The notes: generated from the letters alone by a model not told the origin. Positions 1 through 8,680 are shown, counted from the first letter of the stretch. The stretch is 64,000 nucleotides of DNA from Bryobacterales bacterium (GCA_965205085.1 OZ242039.1:3954277-4018276); one strand, 5' to 3'. Translations and numbers: made by a program.

Positions 1-566
1 ACGTTGCCAAGCAGACCCGCCACACTCGGTTTCCCCTATGCGAGGGATCGCTCGACCACGTCATCGGCCTGGTTCACATCAAGGATCTTGTCGGCGTGGC
101 GTCCATGCAGGATGTCGATCTAAGGTCGGTGGCGCGGCCGCTTCGGCACATTCCCGAGACCCTGCCCCTGAGCCGCCTTCTCCGCGAAATGCAGGTTACG
201 CGCCAGCACATGGCTGTGGTGGATGACGAGTATGGCTCGGTTGTCGGGATCGTGACCATGGAGAATGTCGTCGAAGAAATTGTCGGGGCGGTGCAAGACG
301 AGTTTGACCTGGAGCTCCCCGACATCGTGCCGGCTGGCGAGGGAGTGTTCCGGGTCTCCGGCCAGTTGCCTCTGGAGCGAGTCAACCGGGAGCTGGGTCT
401 GGACCTGGAGTCCCAGTCGGTCGATTCACTGTCGGGCCTACTTGTCAGTCACCTGAACAGGCTGGTTCGCAAGGGTGACGAAGTGACGCTGGAAGGAGCC
501 GTGGCCGAGGTCATTGAGGAGCAGGGCGGCCGTGCGACCCAAGTGGAACTTCGCATTGTCAACTAG
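1..566 (+). CDS. CBS-pair plus CorC/HlyC C-terminal domain protein (TlyC/CorC-type hemolysin/Mg-Co efflux family), 5' end outside the window
   Basis: The frame is open from base 3. The translation reads ...RFPLCEGSLDHVIGLVHIKDL...RQHMAVVDDEYGSVVGIVTMENVVEEIVG (CBS pair), followed by a transporter-associated C-terminal domain (FRVSGQLPLERVNRELGL...). Stop at 564-566. Confidence 0.8.
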   Translation, partial: VAKQTRHTRFPLCEGSLDHVIGLVHIKDLVGVASMQDVDLRSVARPLRHIPETLPLSRLLREMQVTRQHMAVVDDEYGSVVGIVTMENVVEEIVGAVQDEFDLELPDIVPAGEGVFRVSGQLPLERVNRELGLDLESQSVDSLSGLLVSHLNRLVRKGDEVTLEGAVAEVIEEQGGRATQVELRIVN

Positions 567-1301
567 CGTTCCGGAACAAGACAACTCTGAGATCGTCAGG
601 TTTGCGTGTAATGCGCGCAGAGGCATCTCCTGACACGGGCGGAGGCGGCTGGCGCGGTCACTCGCGAGCCGGGTTGCCCTAGTTCGTACCGGCATCTCCG
701 GAATGCGTCTCGCACACCGCAAGACTGCCATCTGTGTTCCTGCGGTGAGCACTTTCGGAACGAGGAGAAGCAACCATCAAGCCGCAGCGGGTGTGCCTTC
801 AGCTTCCAGTCAATGTGGACGGGCCCGACCGCCGCTCCGCGCAGGTATGCGGCCACTCCGCACAGACGGTCGGGAACGTCCGCCAATGCCGCTTGCTGGA
901 CAGATTCGAGGGGACCTTGGGCGCCCGCGCGACCCGCACAGTGGGCACGAGGGGCTCGGGTGGGTACCAGAAAGCCGACCTCCCTCAAGTCAACCGAGCG
1001 GGCTAAGCGGACGACCAGGACTGGGCATACCAGGGGCAGCGCTCCCGGCGGTCCCCTTGCGGGCCGCAATCTGGTAACCCCCGTGCCTGCCAACCGCAAG
1101 AGGCACACGCAGGGGCAATCGCCTTACATTCCCTTTACAAATGGATGGGCCTAGGGGAGGAATCTCTGTGATAGGTTGGGTCAAAGGGCCCGTGGACGCT
1201 GCGGACAGAGGTCGGCAGTTGCTGTGGCTCGGCTATCCGGGGAGCAAAGAGGCTGCCCGGAAGGCAAAGTGGTCAAAAAAGGGAACAACGAGGTCATCAA
1301 C

Positions 1302-4300
1302 ATGAATCGCAGTGCAATAAAATTCGAGGGGGGGGGGATTTTCCTCCTGCTGGCGTTTCTCATGGCGGGTCTGGCCGCCTGTGGAGGCGATGAGCCGACG
1401 GCGATAAGACAGCCGCCAGCGCCGGTGACGCCGGCGTTCCAGGCGCAGCCGGTGGAGGTGGAGCTGGGGGGGAGTGGAGAGACGGTCACGCTGATGACCA
1501 CGGAGAGTGGGGGATTCACGCTGAACGGGAATGCGTTCGAGAGCGGGGGGACGGTCGAGAGCGAAGGCGGCAACATGTACACGCTGCTGCTGGCGGATGG
1601 GACGTGGAGTGCGAGGTACGACGCGCCCGAGGTGGAGGTGAAGCTGGGGAGCCTGGAGGAGACGGTGAAGCTCGTGAGGGCCGAGGATGGGAGCTACAGG
1701 CTGGGCGAGATGGCGGTGGAGAGTGGGGTGACGATGCACACGGCGGCGAATGGGAACGTGTACACGCTGGTGATGGGGGAGGACGGGATGTGGATGGCGC
1801 AATACCAGGCGTCGGAGACGATGCTGGAGTTGGGGGGGACGACGGTCACGATCGTGAAGAACGAGGACGGGACCTACACGGTGGGGGGAGAGCCGTTGAT
1901 GAGCGGGGGGACGTGGACGTCGGCGAATGGCAACGTGTACATGCTGGTGATGGGGGAGGACGGTGAGTGGATGGCGACGTTCCAGCCCCAGAGTGTGGAG
2001 GTGATGCTGGGGGCGAGTGGGGAGACAGTGACGCTGATGACGACGGAGGATGGTGGTTTCACGCTGAACGGGGAGGTGTTCGCAAGCGGGAAGACGGTGA
2101 CGAGCGAAAGCGGCAACGTGTACACGCTGGTGATGGGGGAGGGGATGTGGAGTGCGAGGTACGAAGCGCCCGAGGTGGAGGTGATGCTGGGGACAGTCGG
2201 CGGCACGGTGACTTTGGTGCGGGCGGAGGACGGCAGCTACTGGCTGGGGGAGAAGCCGGTGGAGACCGGGATGACGACGGTAACGTCGGCGAACGGGAAG
2301 GTGTACACGCTGGTGATGGGGGAGGACGGGATGTGGATGGGGAGGTATGAAGCGCCGACGACGACGGTGACGCTGGGCACGAGCGGGACGATGGTGACGA
2401 TCGTGATGCAGGAGGACGGGAGCTGGACGCTGGACGGGGAGGTGTTCCTGAGCGGGGGGCAGCACACGGCGGGGAACGGGAACGTGTACAGGCTGAGTCG
2501 GGTGGACGGGGTATGGATGGCGGAGTATGTGCCGATGACGATGGAGGTGCAGGGGACGGGGGGCCTGCAGGCAGTGAAGCGGGAGGACGGCAGCGGGTAT
2601 GACGTGGACGGGGCGCAGCTGGGAATGGACGGGATGGGGGACATCGAGACGGAGACGTCGGGGTGGTACCGGATCGTGAAGATGGACGGGGCACTGATGG
2701 GGACGCGGCTGGACAACGTGGCGATCGGCAAGGCAAAGTTCAGGACGAAGGGAGTAAGCAAGGATCCGACGATTCTGCAGGACGACCGGAAGACGGAGGC
2801 GAACGAGGCGCGGACGGCTTTGGTGGTGGCAGGGGAGAACTATCCGTTCGGGGCCCTGTTGGGGGACGGGGTGTCGCAGAGGAAGGGGACGAACTTCGTG
2901 GCGGAGGCGCGGGGGAAGCTGGTGGAGATTCGGGAGAAGATCGTGGCGGTGCTGGAGGTGTTCGACACGGCCACGCAGAGGAACGAGCAGGTGGAGCGGC
3001 AGTGGGGGACGGGCACGAACAAGGCGACGACGAACGTGAAGGGGGTGCTGGAGACGGTGTTCGGGGCGGACAAGTACGAGAAGCGGGCACCGGACGAGGA
3101 CGACGCGCTGGGAGCGATCGACGACCTGATCGAGGCATTGGGGAGCGCGGAGGCGCTGGAGAAGGCGCTGGGGAACGAGGATGTGCTGAAGGGTTCGGCG
3201 GGGGCGAGCGCGGCGGGGAAGATCTTCGCGGCGGCGAAGACGGAATCGACCGTGACGTACGGGGAGCACGGGAACACGCGGTTTGGGACGATCACGAAGA
3301 AGGAGCGGGCGAATGCGGCGGGGAACCTGGAGTACGACTTCGATTCGAGTCCGAAGAAGGGGGAGCGGGGAGCGTTCGCGTTCGGTGTGACGGGGGAGAC
3401 GACGCGGACGAGGTACGTGCAGACGGCGGGGACGGCACGGTACGAGGGGCGGACGCTGGCGGTGAGCGGAGCGGGGAAGCAGTACAGCGGGACGATGGCG
3501 GTGGGGGTGAACTTCACGACGTCGATGGTGGACGGGCTGGTGACGGAGTTGGCGACGGAGGGAGGGGAGTCGTGGGAGTACCTGTTCGGGGAGGTGCACC
3601 GGATCGTGCTGCCGACGGTGAAGATGAATCAGCAGGGGGTCTGGAAGGAGAAGAGCGACGGAACGGACATGGCGTCGGTCGAGTTCGGGCCCCAGGTGGG
3701 GGCGTACCGGCCGCAGACGGTGGAAGCGACGTTCAACGGGCGGCTGCTGGGGGGGAACAGCGCGCCGGGAGCGGGCAGCGAGGTGGTGGGGGTGTGGTCG
3801 CTGGGAGCGGACCCGGAGAGCATGTCGTACCTGGCGGGGGGCTTCGGGGCCGAGAGGGTGGCGGACGAGCCGGTGAGGCGTCCGACGGTCGACGACGGCA
3901 CGCAGGTCAGCACCATGCTGGCGACGGCCAAGCCCGCGACAATCACCGCGGACAGCACGTGGACGGAGCTCTCCAACGGGCGGCTCACGGCCAAGCCTTC
4001 GGAGTGGATCTGGCACTATGTCGGCAGTACGGACCTGACCACGTCGCAGCGGGACACCACGGACGCCGGCTTTGTGGCGGGCGGCAACAGCGTGTATTTC
4101 CGCAAGGCCGACACGGGCGATGACAAGTTCAGCGCGAAAAACGGGCTCCGCAAGCTGACCGTGCAGATCCCGCTGGCGGACCTGCTGGCGAGCGAGGGCG
4201 GCGAGCTCACCATCAACAGTCCGAAGACTTGGGTCCAACACCGCCGGGAGGCAATTCAGGCGGACCGCAAACTGATCGGCGGGCTGGTGGAGATTGGCGG

Positions 4301-5681
4301 CTTCTGCTGCCAGGCTGTCCCCCAGTCAGGAGGTAACCCCGTTCCGACCAGGGTGCAGTCGGAGTGGGGCTTCCTGCCGTTCACGTTGTCCATGGGCCTG
4401 TTCTGGGATGTGCGCACCGACGCCCACGCTGCCACGCGTGGCAAGCGGATCTCGGGCCAGACCGTCAATAACTCCCTGGATCAGGTGCCGTGGGACTCGG
4501 TCCGCGGCCCCGCCCTGCCGGCGGGTTCCAATCGGTGGACCGTTCCGCACATCAGGGGGGACAACAGCGCCGCCACCCAAGATGACGATGCGTCGCCGGC
4601 GGTGGAGCGCCTCGACGCGGTGCTGGCGGCCTTGAGTTCGCAAGAGGCGTTCGAGGATGCCTTCGACCCGGCCGGGTCGGGTCTCTTCACGATCACCGAG
4701 GACGGCAAGGTCAAGTCGTTCCTGGAGGCGAACCATAGCGCCGACGGCAAACTCTACGACAGCGCAGGTGCGAACAAGCTGATCTGGAACACGACGCCGG
4801 CGGCGATGTTCAACCAGCGGCAGTGGCAGGTGAAGGCGGCGGTGGGTACGACGGACTACACGCGGTTCGGGGCGTGGCGGATCCAGTGGGCGAAGAACGC
4901 GCTGCGGGCGAAGAACTGGCTGCACCACGAGGTGGAGTCGTTCGTCTACAGCCCCTTGCCGGTGGCGACGGCGCGGAGCCGTTCGCAGTTGCCGCTCGGG
5001 GGGCGGGCGACGTACACGGGCAAGACGGTGGCCTATGTGGGCACCATGACGGAGCCGAGCGATGCGCCGAACACGGGCGGCTTCGCGGACTACGAGGGCG
5101 AGGTGAGCGTGGAGGTGCGGTGGTACGCGGCGGACGAGGCGGTGGAGCCCTGGACAACCCGTGGCGGGAATCCGGCGTCCGCGACCAGGAAACTGGTTGG
5201 TAGCCACGTGACGACGGTGCTGAGCGACCTGCGCGATGTGGAAACGGGCGACTACCTGTATCACGTGGATGGGAACAACACCGTGAGGGAAGTCCGGCGG
5301 CTGACCTTCGGCAAGGTCGCCTTTTCTACCAATGCCGCCGTCTCGACCGCAGGTACCGCCGGCGCAAGCGACCACAAGCTGGACTGGAACAGCACGGGTA
5401 ACACCAACTGGTTCACCGCCGCGGACAGCAGCATCCAAGGGACCATGCGGACGGTGCAGGTCGACTACCGGGACTCGTCGGTGGCTCGGCAAACGACGCT
5501 GCTGAACCATTACGAGTTCGTCTTTGTGGGCCGGTCGCCGGAGGGGCCGCTGGGGGTGATGGGGCGCTACAGCTTCACGGACGATGCAACGCAGACGAAA
5601 TTCCACCCCAAGTTTAGGACGGGCCCGAAGGACACAGTCAACAAGTCGGTCTACGGTGCCTTCGGCGCGGACCTGCCATAG
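1302..5681 (+). CDS. Giant surface lipoprotein: lipobox signal peptide, 7 tandem ~60-aa repeats, helical linker, two TbpB/HpuA-like beta-barrel modules
   Basis: ATG at 1302 is preceded by GAGG 8 nt upstream. The signal peptide MNRSAIKFEGGGIFLLLAFLMAGLAAC has an LAAC lipobox. Barrel-like signatures are ARYEGRTLAVSG...VGVNF...FNGRLLGG...EVVGVWSL...GGFGAERV, and at the C-terminus YTRFGAWR...ATYTGKTVAYVG...LGVMGRYSF...SVYGAFGADLP-stop. The TTG at 1176 listed in the ORF track is probably not the start. Confidence 0.85.
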   Translation: MNRSAIKFEGGGIFLLLAFLMAGLAACGGDEPTAIRQPPAPVTPAFQAQPVEVELGGSGETVTLMTTESGGFTLNGNAFESGGTVESEGGNMYTLLLADGTWSARYDAPEVEVKLGSLEETVKLVRAEDGSYRLGEMAVESGVTMHTAANGNVYTLVMGEDGMWMAQYQASETMLELGGTTVTIVKNEDGTYTVGGEPLMSGGTWTSANGNVYMLVMGEDGEWMATFQPQSVEVMLGASGETVTLMTTEDGGFTLNGEVFASGKTVTSESGNVYTLVMGEGMWSARYEAPEVEVMLGTVGGTVTLVRAEDGSYWLGEKPVETGMTTVTSANGKVYTLVMGEDGMWMGRYEAPTTTVTLGTSGTMVTIVMQEDGSWTLDGEVFLSGGQHTAGNGNVYRLSRVDGVWMAEYVPMTMEVQGTGGLQAVKREDGSGYDVDGAQLGMDGMGDIETETSGWYRIVKMDGALMGTRLDNVAIGKAKFRTKGVSKDPTILQDDRKTEANEARTALVVAGENYPFGALLGDGVSQRKGTNFVAEARGKLVEIREKIVAVLEVFDTATQRNEQVERQWGTGTNKATTNVKGVLETVFGADKYEKRAPDEDDALGAIDDLIEALGSAEALEKALGNEDVLKGSAGASAAGKIFAAAKTESTVTYGEHGNTRFGTITKKERANAAGNLEYDFDSSPKKGERGAFAFGVTGETTRTRYVQTAGTARYEGRTLAVSGAGKQYSGTMAVGVNFTTSMVDGLVTELATEGGESWEYLFGEVHRIVLPTVKMNQQGVWKEKSDGTDMASVEFGPQVGAYRPQTVEATFNGRLLGGNSAPGAGSEVVGVWSLGADPESMSYLAGGFGAERVADEPVRRPTVDDGTQVSTMLATAKPATITADSTWTELSNGRLTAKPSEWIWHYVGSTDLTTSQRDTTDAGFVAGGNSVYFRKADTGDDKFSAKNGLRKLTVQIPLADLLASEGGELTINSPKTWVQHRREAIQADRKLIGGLVEIGGFCCQAVPQSGGNPVPTRVQSEWGFLPFTLSMGLFWDVRTDAHAATRGKRISGQTVNNSLDQVPWDSVRGPALPAGSNRWTVPHIRGDNSAATQDDDASPAVERLDAVLAALSSQEAFEDAFDPAGSGLFTITEDGKVKSFLEANHSADGKLYDSAGANKLIWNTTPAAMFNQRQWQVKAAVGTTDYTRFGAWRIQWAKNALRAKNWLHHEVESFVYSPLPVATARSRSQLPLGGRATYTGKTVAYVGTMTEPSDAPNTGGFADYEGEVSVEVRWYAADEAVEPWTTRGGNPASATRKLVGSHVTTVLSDLRDVETGDYLYHVDGNNTVREVRRLTFGKVAFSTNAAVSTAGTAGASDHKLDWNSTGNTNWFTAADSSIQGTMRTVQVDYRDSSVARQTTLLNHYEFVFVGRSPEGPLGVMGRYSFTDDATQTKFHPKFRTGPKDTVNKSVYGAFGADLP
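1328..1337 (+). repeat. G10 homopolymer inside the signal-peptide codons (GAG GGG GGG GGG ATT), candidate slipped-strand phase-variation tract
   Basis: Counted directly: G at positions 1328-1337, 26 nt downstream of the ATG. It is the longest homopolymer I saw in the window. Other G runs seen are 6-7 nt. Confidence 0.6.
1446..2717 (+). repeat. Seven tandem coding repeats (59-62 aa each) with a 543-bp three-unit higher-order period
   Basis: Unit starts are at 1446, 1626, 1812, 1989, 2169, 2355 and 2535. The consensus is P.VEV.LG..G.TVTL...EDG.(F/Y).L.G......G.T.T.ANGNVYTLVMGEDG.W.A.Y. Unit 1 resembles 4, 2 resembles 5 and 3 resembles 6. Unit 7 is degenerate. Confidence 0.9.
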
Positions 5682-5715
5682 GGGTGATGCGGTAGCGGAC
5701 AGGACGGGAACGACG

Positions 5716-5739
5716 GGGGGAGCGGGCAGCCGCTCCCCC
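5716..5739 (+). terminator. GC-rich hairpin 35 nt after the lipoprotein stop (10-bp stem, 4-nt loop), weak T tail
   Basis: GGGGGAGCGG-GCAG-CCGCTCCCCC is followed by AGATACTTTGG. The stem is perfect but the U-tract is poor. Confidence 0.4.
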
Positions 5740-5861
5740 AGATACTTTGGCGACCGCGTTGCGGAGCGGGCGGGATTGGAATTCATGCTGGTGGGGCTCG
5801 GAGGACCTCCTGTGGCTCCACCGACGAATCTTAGGTGACCGCGCCGGGGCAGGCGTGAAGT

Positions 5862-7176
5862 TGCCGGTTGCACTAGGAAACGCAACAACGGGGAAGATGG
5901 CCCCTGGAGTAGGCGGTTGAGTTACTAGCACGATGCGACAGTCCGGGTGGATCTGTCAAGGCGACGCTCCGGGCGGGGCTGCTACGCGAGGGCGACAGTG
6001 GGATCGGGCCCGAAAAGGCGGCCGGACCACAGGGGCTTTGGCGGGCTGGGCCCGCCAGCTCGAGAGGGGGAAGGTTCGTCGGGGAGAGGCCGCGTTGCGG
6101 CCCTGATCAGAGAGGAGAGGGTTCCGGGGCAGCGGGTGGCGGGTCGATGCCGGCCGCGAGACAGTCATCGCGGAAGACCTCGTGCGGGGTGCGGTAGCCA
6201 AGCACCTAGCGGGGGCGGTGGTCGAGTCGGTTGATGGCTTCCTGCAGCCGTTGCGGGCCGAGCGTGTGCAGGTTCTCGGTGGGCACGAACTGGCGCAGGA
6301 GGCCGTCGGTATGTTCATTGAGGCCCCGCTCGCAGGAGCGGTAGGGCCGGGCAAAGAAAATGTTGGTGTCGAGCGCCTCGGCGGTCTGGATGTGGCCGGC
6401 GAACTCCTTCCCGTTGTCGCAGGTCACGGTCAGGACCAGGGCCGAGAAGGGCCGCAGCAGGTTCTGCATCGCGTCACCCACCAGGGCGGCGGTCTTGCGG
6501 CTCACAGTCTGAGCAAGCAGGGTCCTTCGACTTCCTCTCCACCAGCGTGACAGCGGCGCCCTGATGGGCCTTGCCGAGGATCGTGTCGGCCTCCCAGTCC
6601 CCGTAGCGCTGCTTCGAGTCGACGATCGCGGGGCGTTCGCTGAGGTCCCTGCGGCCCGGGATGCAGCCGCGGCCGGCGCTGCCCCGGCTGGTCTTGCTGC
6701 CGCAGGTAGGTGTACAGCGAGCCGCCCTGGGCGCGGTCCTGGCGAATCCGCTGGCAGAGCCACGAGAAGCTGACCGAAACCGCTCCGACCCGTTCAGGTA
6801 ACCAGCCACTTGCTCGGGGCTCCAGGTGCGCTGGAGCCGGTCAGAGATGAGGTTCCAGATCGCAGGCTGGAGCTTGCGCGGGTCGGTGACCGCTCGGTGG
6901 CGGCACCGTTAAGTGAGTTGCTGGACTTGCTCATGGTGATAGACCGAGGGGCCGGTGTTGCGCCGGAGTTCGCGACAGAGGGCGGACTTGTGGCACTGGA
7001 GTGGAGTGGCGATAGCGGTGACCGAGAATCCCCGTTGGTACAAGGCTTGGATCTGGCAGCACCCGTCGTATCGCAGGTGGCGGAACTTCTGAGGCAAGGC
7101 GATTTCCCCCATAGGATAGGCCCATCAGGTCCTTAGATCCCTCCGCCCGCTGTTGCATTTCCTGGTGCAACCGGCA
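5862..7176 (-). mobile_element. Degenerate IS30-family insertion sequence (about 1.3 kb) with ~32-bp terminal inverted repeats
   Basis: Left end 5862-5893 is tgccggttgcactaggaaacgcaacaacgggg. The reverse complement of 7145-7176 is tgccggttgcaccaggaaatgcaacagcgggc, a 28/32 match. These bracket an IS30-type transposase pseudogene. Confidence 0.8.
6107..7112 (-). pseudogene. IS30-family transposase, inactivated by two in-frame stops and several frameshifts
   Basis: N-terminal HTH: RHLRYDGCCQIQALYQRGFSVTAIA...CRELRRNTG. Middle: WSPEQVAGYL...ERPAIVDSKQRYGDWEADTILGK...VTLVERKSK. C-terminus: DNGKEFAGH...FARPYRSCERGLNEHTDGLLRQF...NRLDHRPR-TAG-VLGYRTPHEVF. These pieces lie in three frames. In-frame stops are TAA at 6909-6911 and TAG at 6206-6208. 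Confidence 0.85.
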
Positions 7177-7250
7177 GATTCTGACATAGACCACCGGAGC
7201 CGCCCGGACTTATCGTCCAACCCGCGGCAATCGCCCATCCGGGCAGGTGC

Positions 7251-8282
7251 CTAGAATGTGATGCCAACGCCGCTGACGAGACCGTAGTCGTTGCGCTCGA
7301 CCGATTCTGCTGGCTTCGTGTGGAACCGGTCGAACAGCCGAAGCGAATACGTGAATCTTCCGCTGATCGGCACGCGTAACGTGGTGTCGAGTTCAGCGCG
7401 GACGTTGGTGCGGTCAAACAGGTCCGGGTGCGTTGTCAGGTTTATCGACAATTCGACTCCCCTGAAGATGTGTGTCTCCCACTCCACGCCGAGGACCCCC
7501 TCCACGGAGGCCCTGTCGGGAAGGCGTCGGTACTGTTCGTGCAGATAGGCAAGCCCGCTGACTAGGGACAGCCCAGTGGAGGGGCTGTCCCGCAAGCGCC
7601 AGCCCAGACCGCCGCCCAGTCGGGTTCGGAGGTCGAGCCTGCGTCGCTCGTTCCTCTCGAATCCGGACAGACCGTAGACGAACGTGCTTGCCTTGACGAA
7701 GCGGTCGAGCCGTAGGTTGAGGGCGTGGCGGCTCTGTGCTCTGGCGTCGTCCTGCCGTGCAAACAGCGAGTCCAGCCGACCAGATGCCTTGTAGTGGGCG
7801 GATTCGTAGGTCGCGTGTGCACCGAGAGACGACTGCATTTGGTTCTGGTTCCCTCGGGCCACGCTGTAGCCGATATCAGCGGCACCATCCAGAGTGGCCA
7901 CGAAGCCGCGGATCCCGGTTCCTTTGGCACCGGGTACGATCCTCGTGATCGAGTGGGAATCCACGGCCGTCGCCTCCTCCTCGGGCATTGCGATCTGGGT
8001 CTCGGCACCGCTCCGGGACAGCCTCCCCTCGAGTCGCCTGCCGTCCTCGGTGAGGACGGAGAATTCCGAGTCGCTCTGGAGGGATGCGACATCGCTCCAT
8101 TGCACGCGAACCGTCCCCAGCAGATCGGAAGCCACGATCAGTTTCCCCGCCTCCAGCTGCTTGACAGTTCCGGAAATGCGATCGCCATTGACCAGCAGGA
8201 CCGTGTCTGCCAATGACGGGATCGTTACGACGAGAGCCAGGAGAATTCCGGCAACAAGACTGCAGATTCGCATGGATTTCAT
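7251..8282 (-). CDS. DUF481 (YdiY-like) outer-membrane beta-barrel protein
   Basis: The start at MKSMRICSLVAGILLALVV is a signal peptide. The N-terminus has VLLVNGDRISGTVKQLEAGKLIV, alternating beta-strand repeats follow, and the C-terminus ends ...GVGITF. The upstream extension to 8567 in the ORF track looks non-coding. Confidence 0.75.
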   Translation of the reverse strand: MKSMRICSLVAGILLALVVTIPSLADTVLLVNGDRISGTVKQLEAGKLIVASDLLGTVRVQWSDVASLQSDSEFSVLTEDGRRLEGRLSRSGAETQIAMPEEEATAVDSHSITRIVPGAKGTGIRGFVATLDGAADIGYSVARGNQNQMQSSLGAHATYESAHYKASGRLDSLFARQDDARAQSRHALNLRLDRFVKASTFVYGLSGFERNERRRLDLRTRLGGGLGWRLRDSPSTGLSLVSGLAYLHEQYRRLPDRASVEGVLGVEWETHIFRGVELSINLTTHPDLFDRTNVRAELDTTLRVPISGRFTYSLRLFDRFHTKPAESVERNDYGLVSGVGITF

Positions 8283-8680
8283 CGGGACCGGCCCGTAAGG
8301 AATTCGCACTCCGCTCACCCTTCTAACTCTAGGCCGGTGCGGGGCCGTTTCGAAGGTTCCCCTTAGCGGGACCCACTGCCACGCGCAGGGGATCGCCCCG
8401 TGCTCTGTGCTGGACGTCCGACGCTGGCGGAGGAGCGGATCATCACTGCCAGGTTCGGGTGCGGCCAGTGCCATGCACTGGTCATCGCCGTGCAGGGTGT
8501 GAGACGGCGTCTGCGGCGATGTCCTCCAAGCCTTCCGGCTTGCCAGCCCTTGCGCTGCCGCAACCATTCCGAGCGTCGGGTGCGCCTCGCCCGGCCGGCC
8601 AATCTGTCACGCGCTCCGGATGGCCGGTGCTATGGCGAGCACGACTTGGAGATACCGGTTGACGCTTGGCTCGAAATGCC

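Noticed and set aside
1135-1179. A sigma70-like promoter (TTACAA ... GATAGG) upstream of the lipoprotein gene.
   Set aside because: The spacing between the two hexamer-like elements is about 29 nt, far from the 16-18 nt optimum. No support beyond a loose resemblance.
1176-1301. A TTG start at 1176 extending the lipoprotein by 42 aa.
   Set aside because: The extension (GQRARGRCGQRSAVAVARLSGEQRG...) is not signal-like. The ATG at 1302 has a GAGG upstream and is followed immediately by a canonical lipoprotein signal peptide.
1233-4241. A 1002-aa ORF on the minus strand, antisense to the lipoprotein gene.
   Set aside because: The translation is a monotonous Arg/Pro/His/Leu-rich sequence. It exists only because the NNG-biased sense strand lacks the trinucleotides that give reverse-strand stops. 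The plus-strand frame carries the lipobox, the repeats and the barrel motifs.
4326-5888. A 520-aa minus-strand ORF antisense to the 3' part of the lipoprotein gene.
   Set aside because: Arg/Pro-rich shadow ORF with no motifs. It overlaps a well-supported plus-strand CDS.
5933-5947. A 15-nt exact match (gcgacagtccgggtg), also found at 63139-63153.
   Set aside because: A single 15-mer coincidence is expected by chance in 64 kb of biased-composition DNA. No extended similarity flanks either copy.
8283-8680. Possible small genes or RNA in the 400-bp gap between the DUF481 and DUF1080 genes. The same applies to 9554-9897.
   Set aside because: ORFs are short and compositionally implausible, and no structured-RNA hallmark was seen. 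They are treated as ordinary intergenic/promoter regions.
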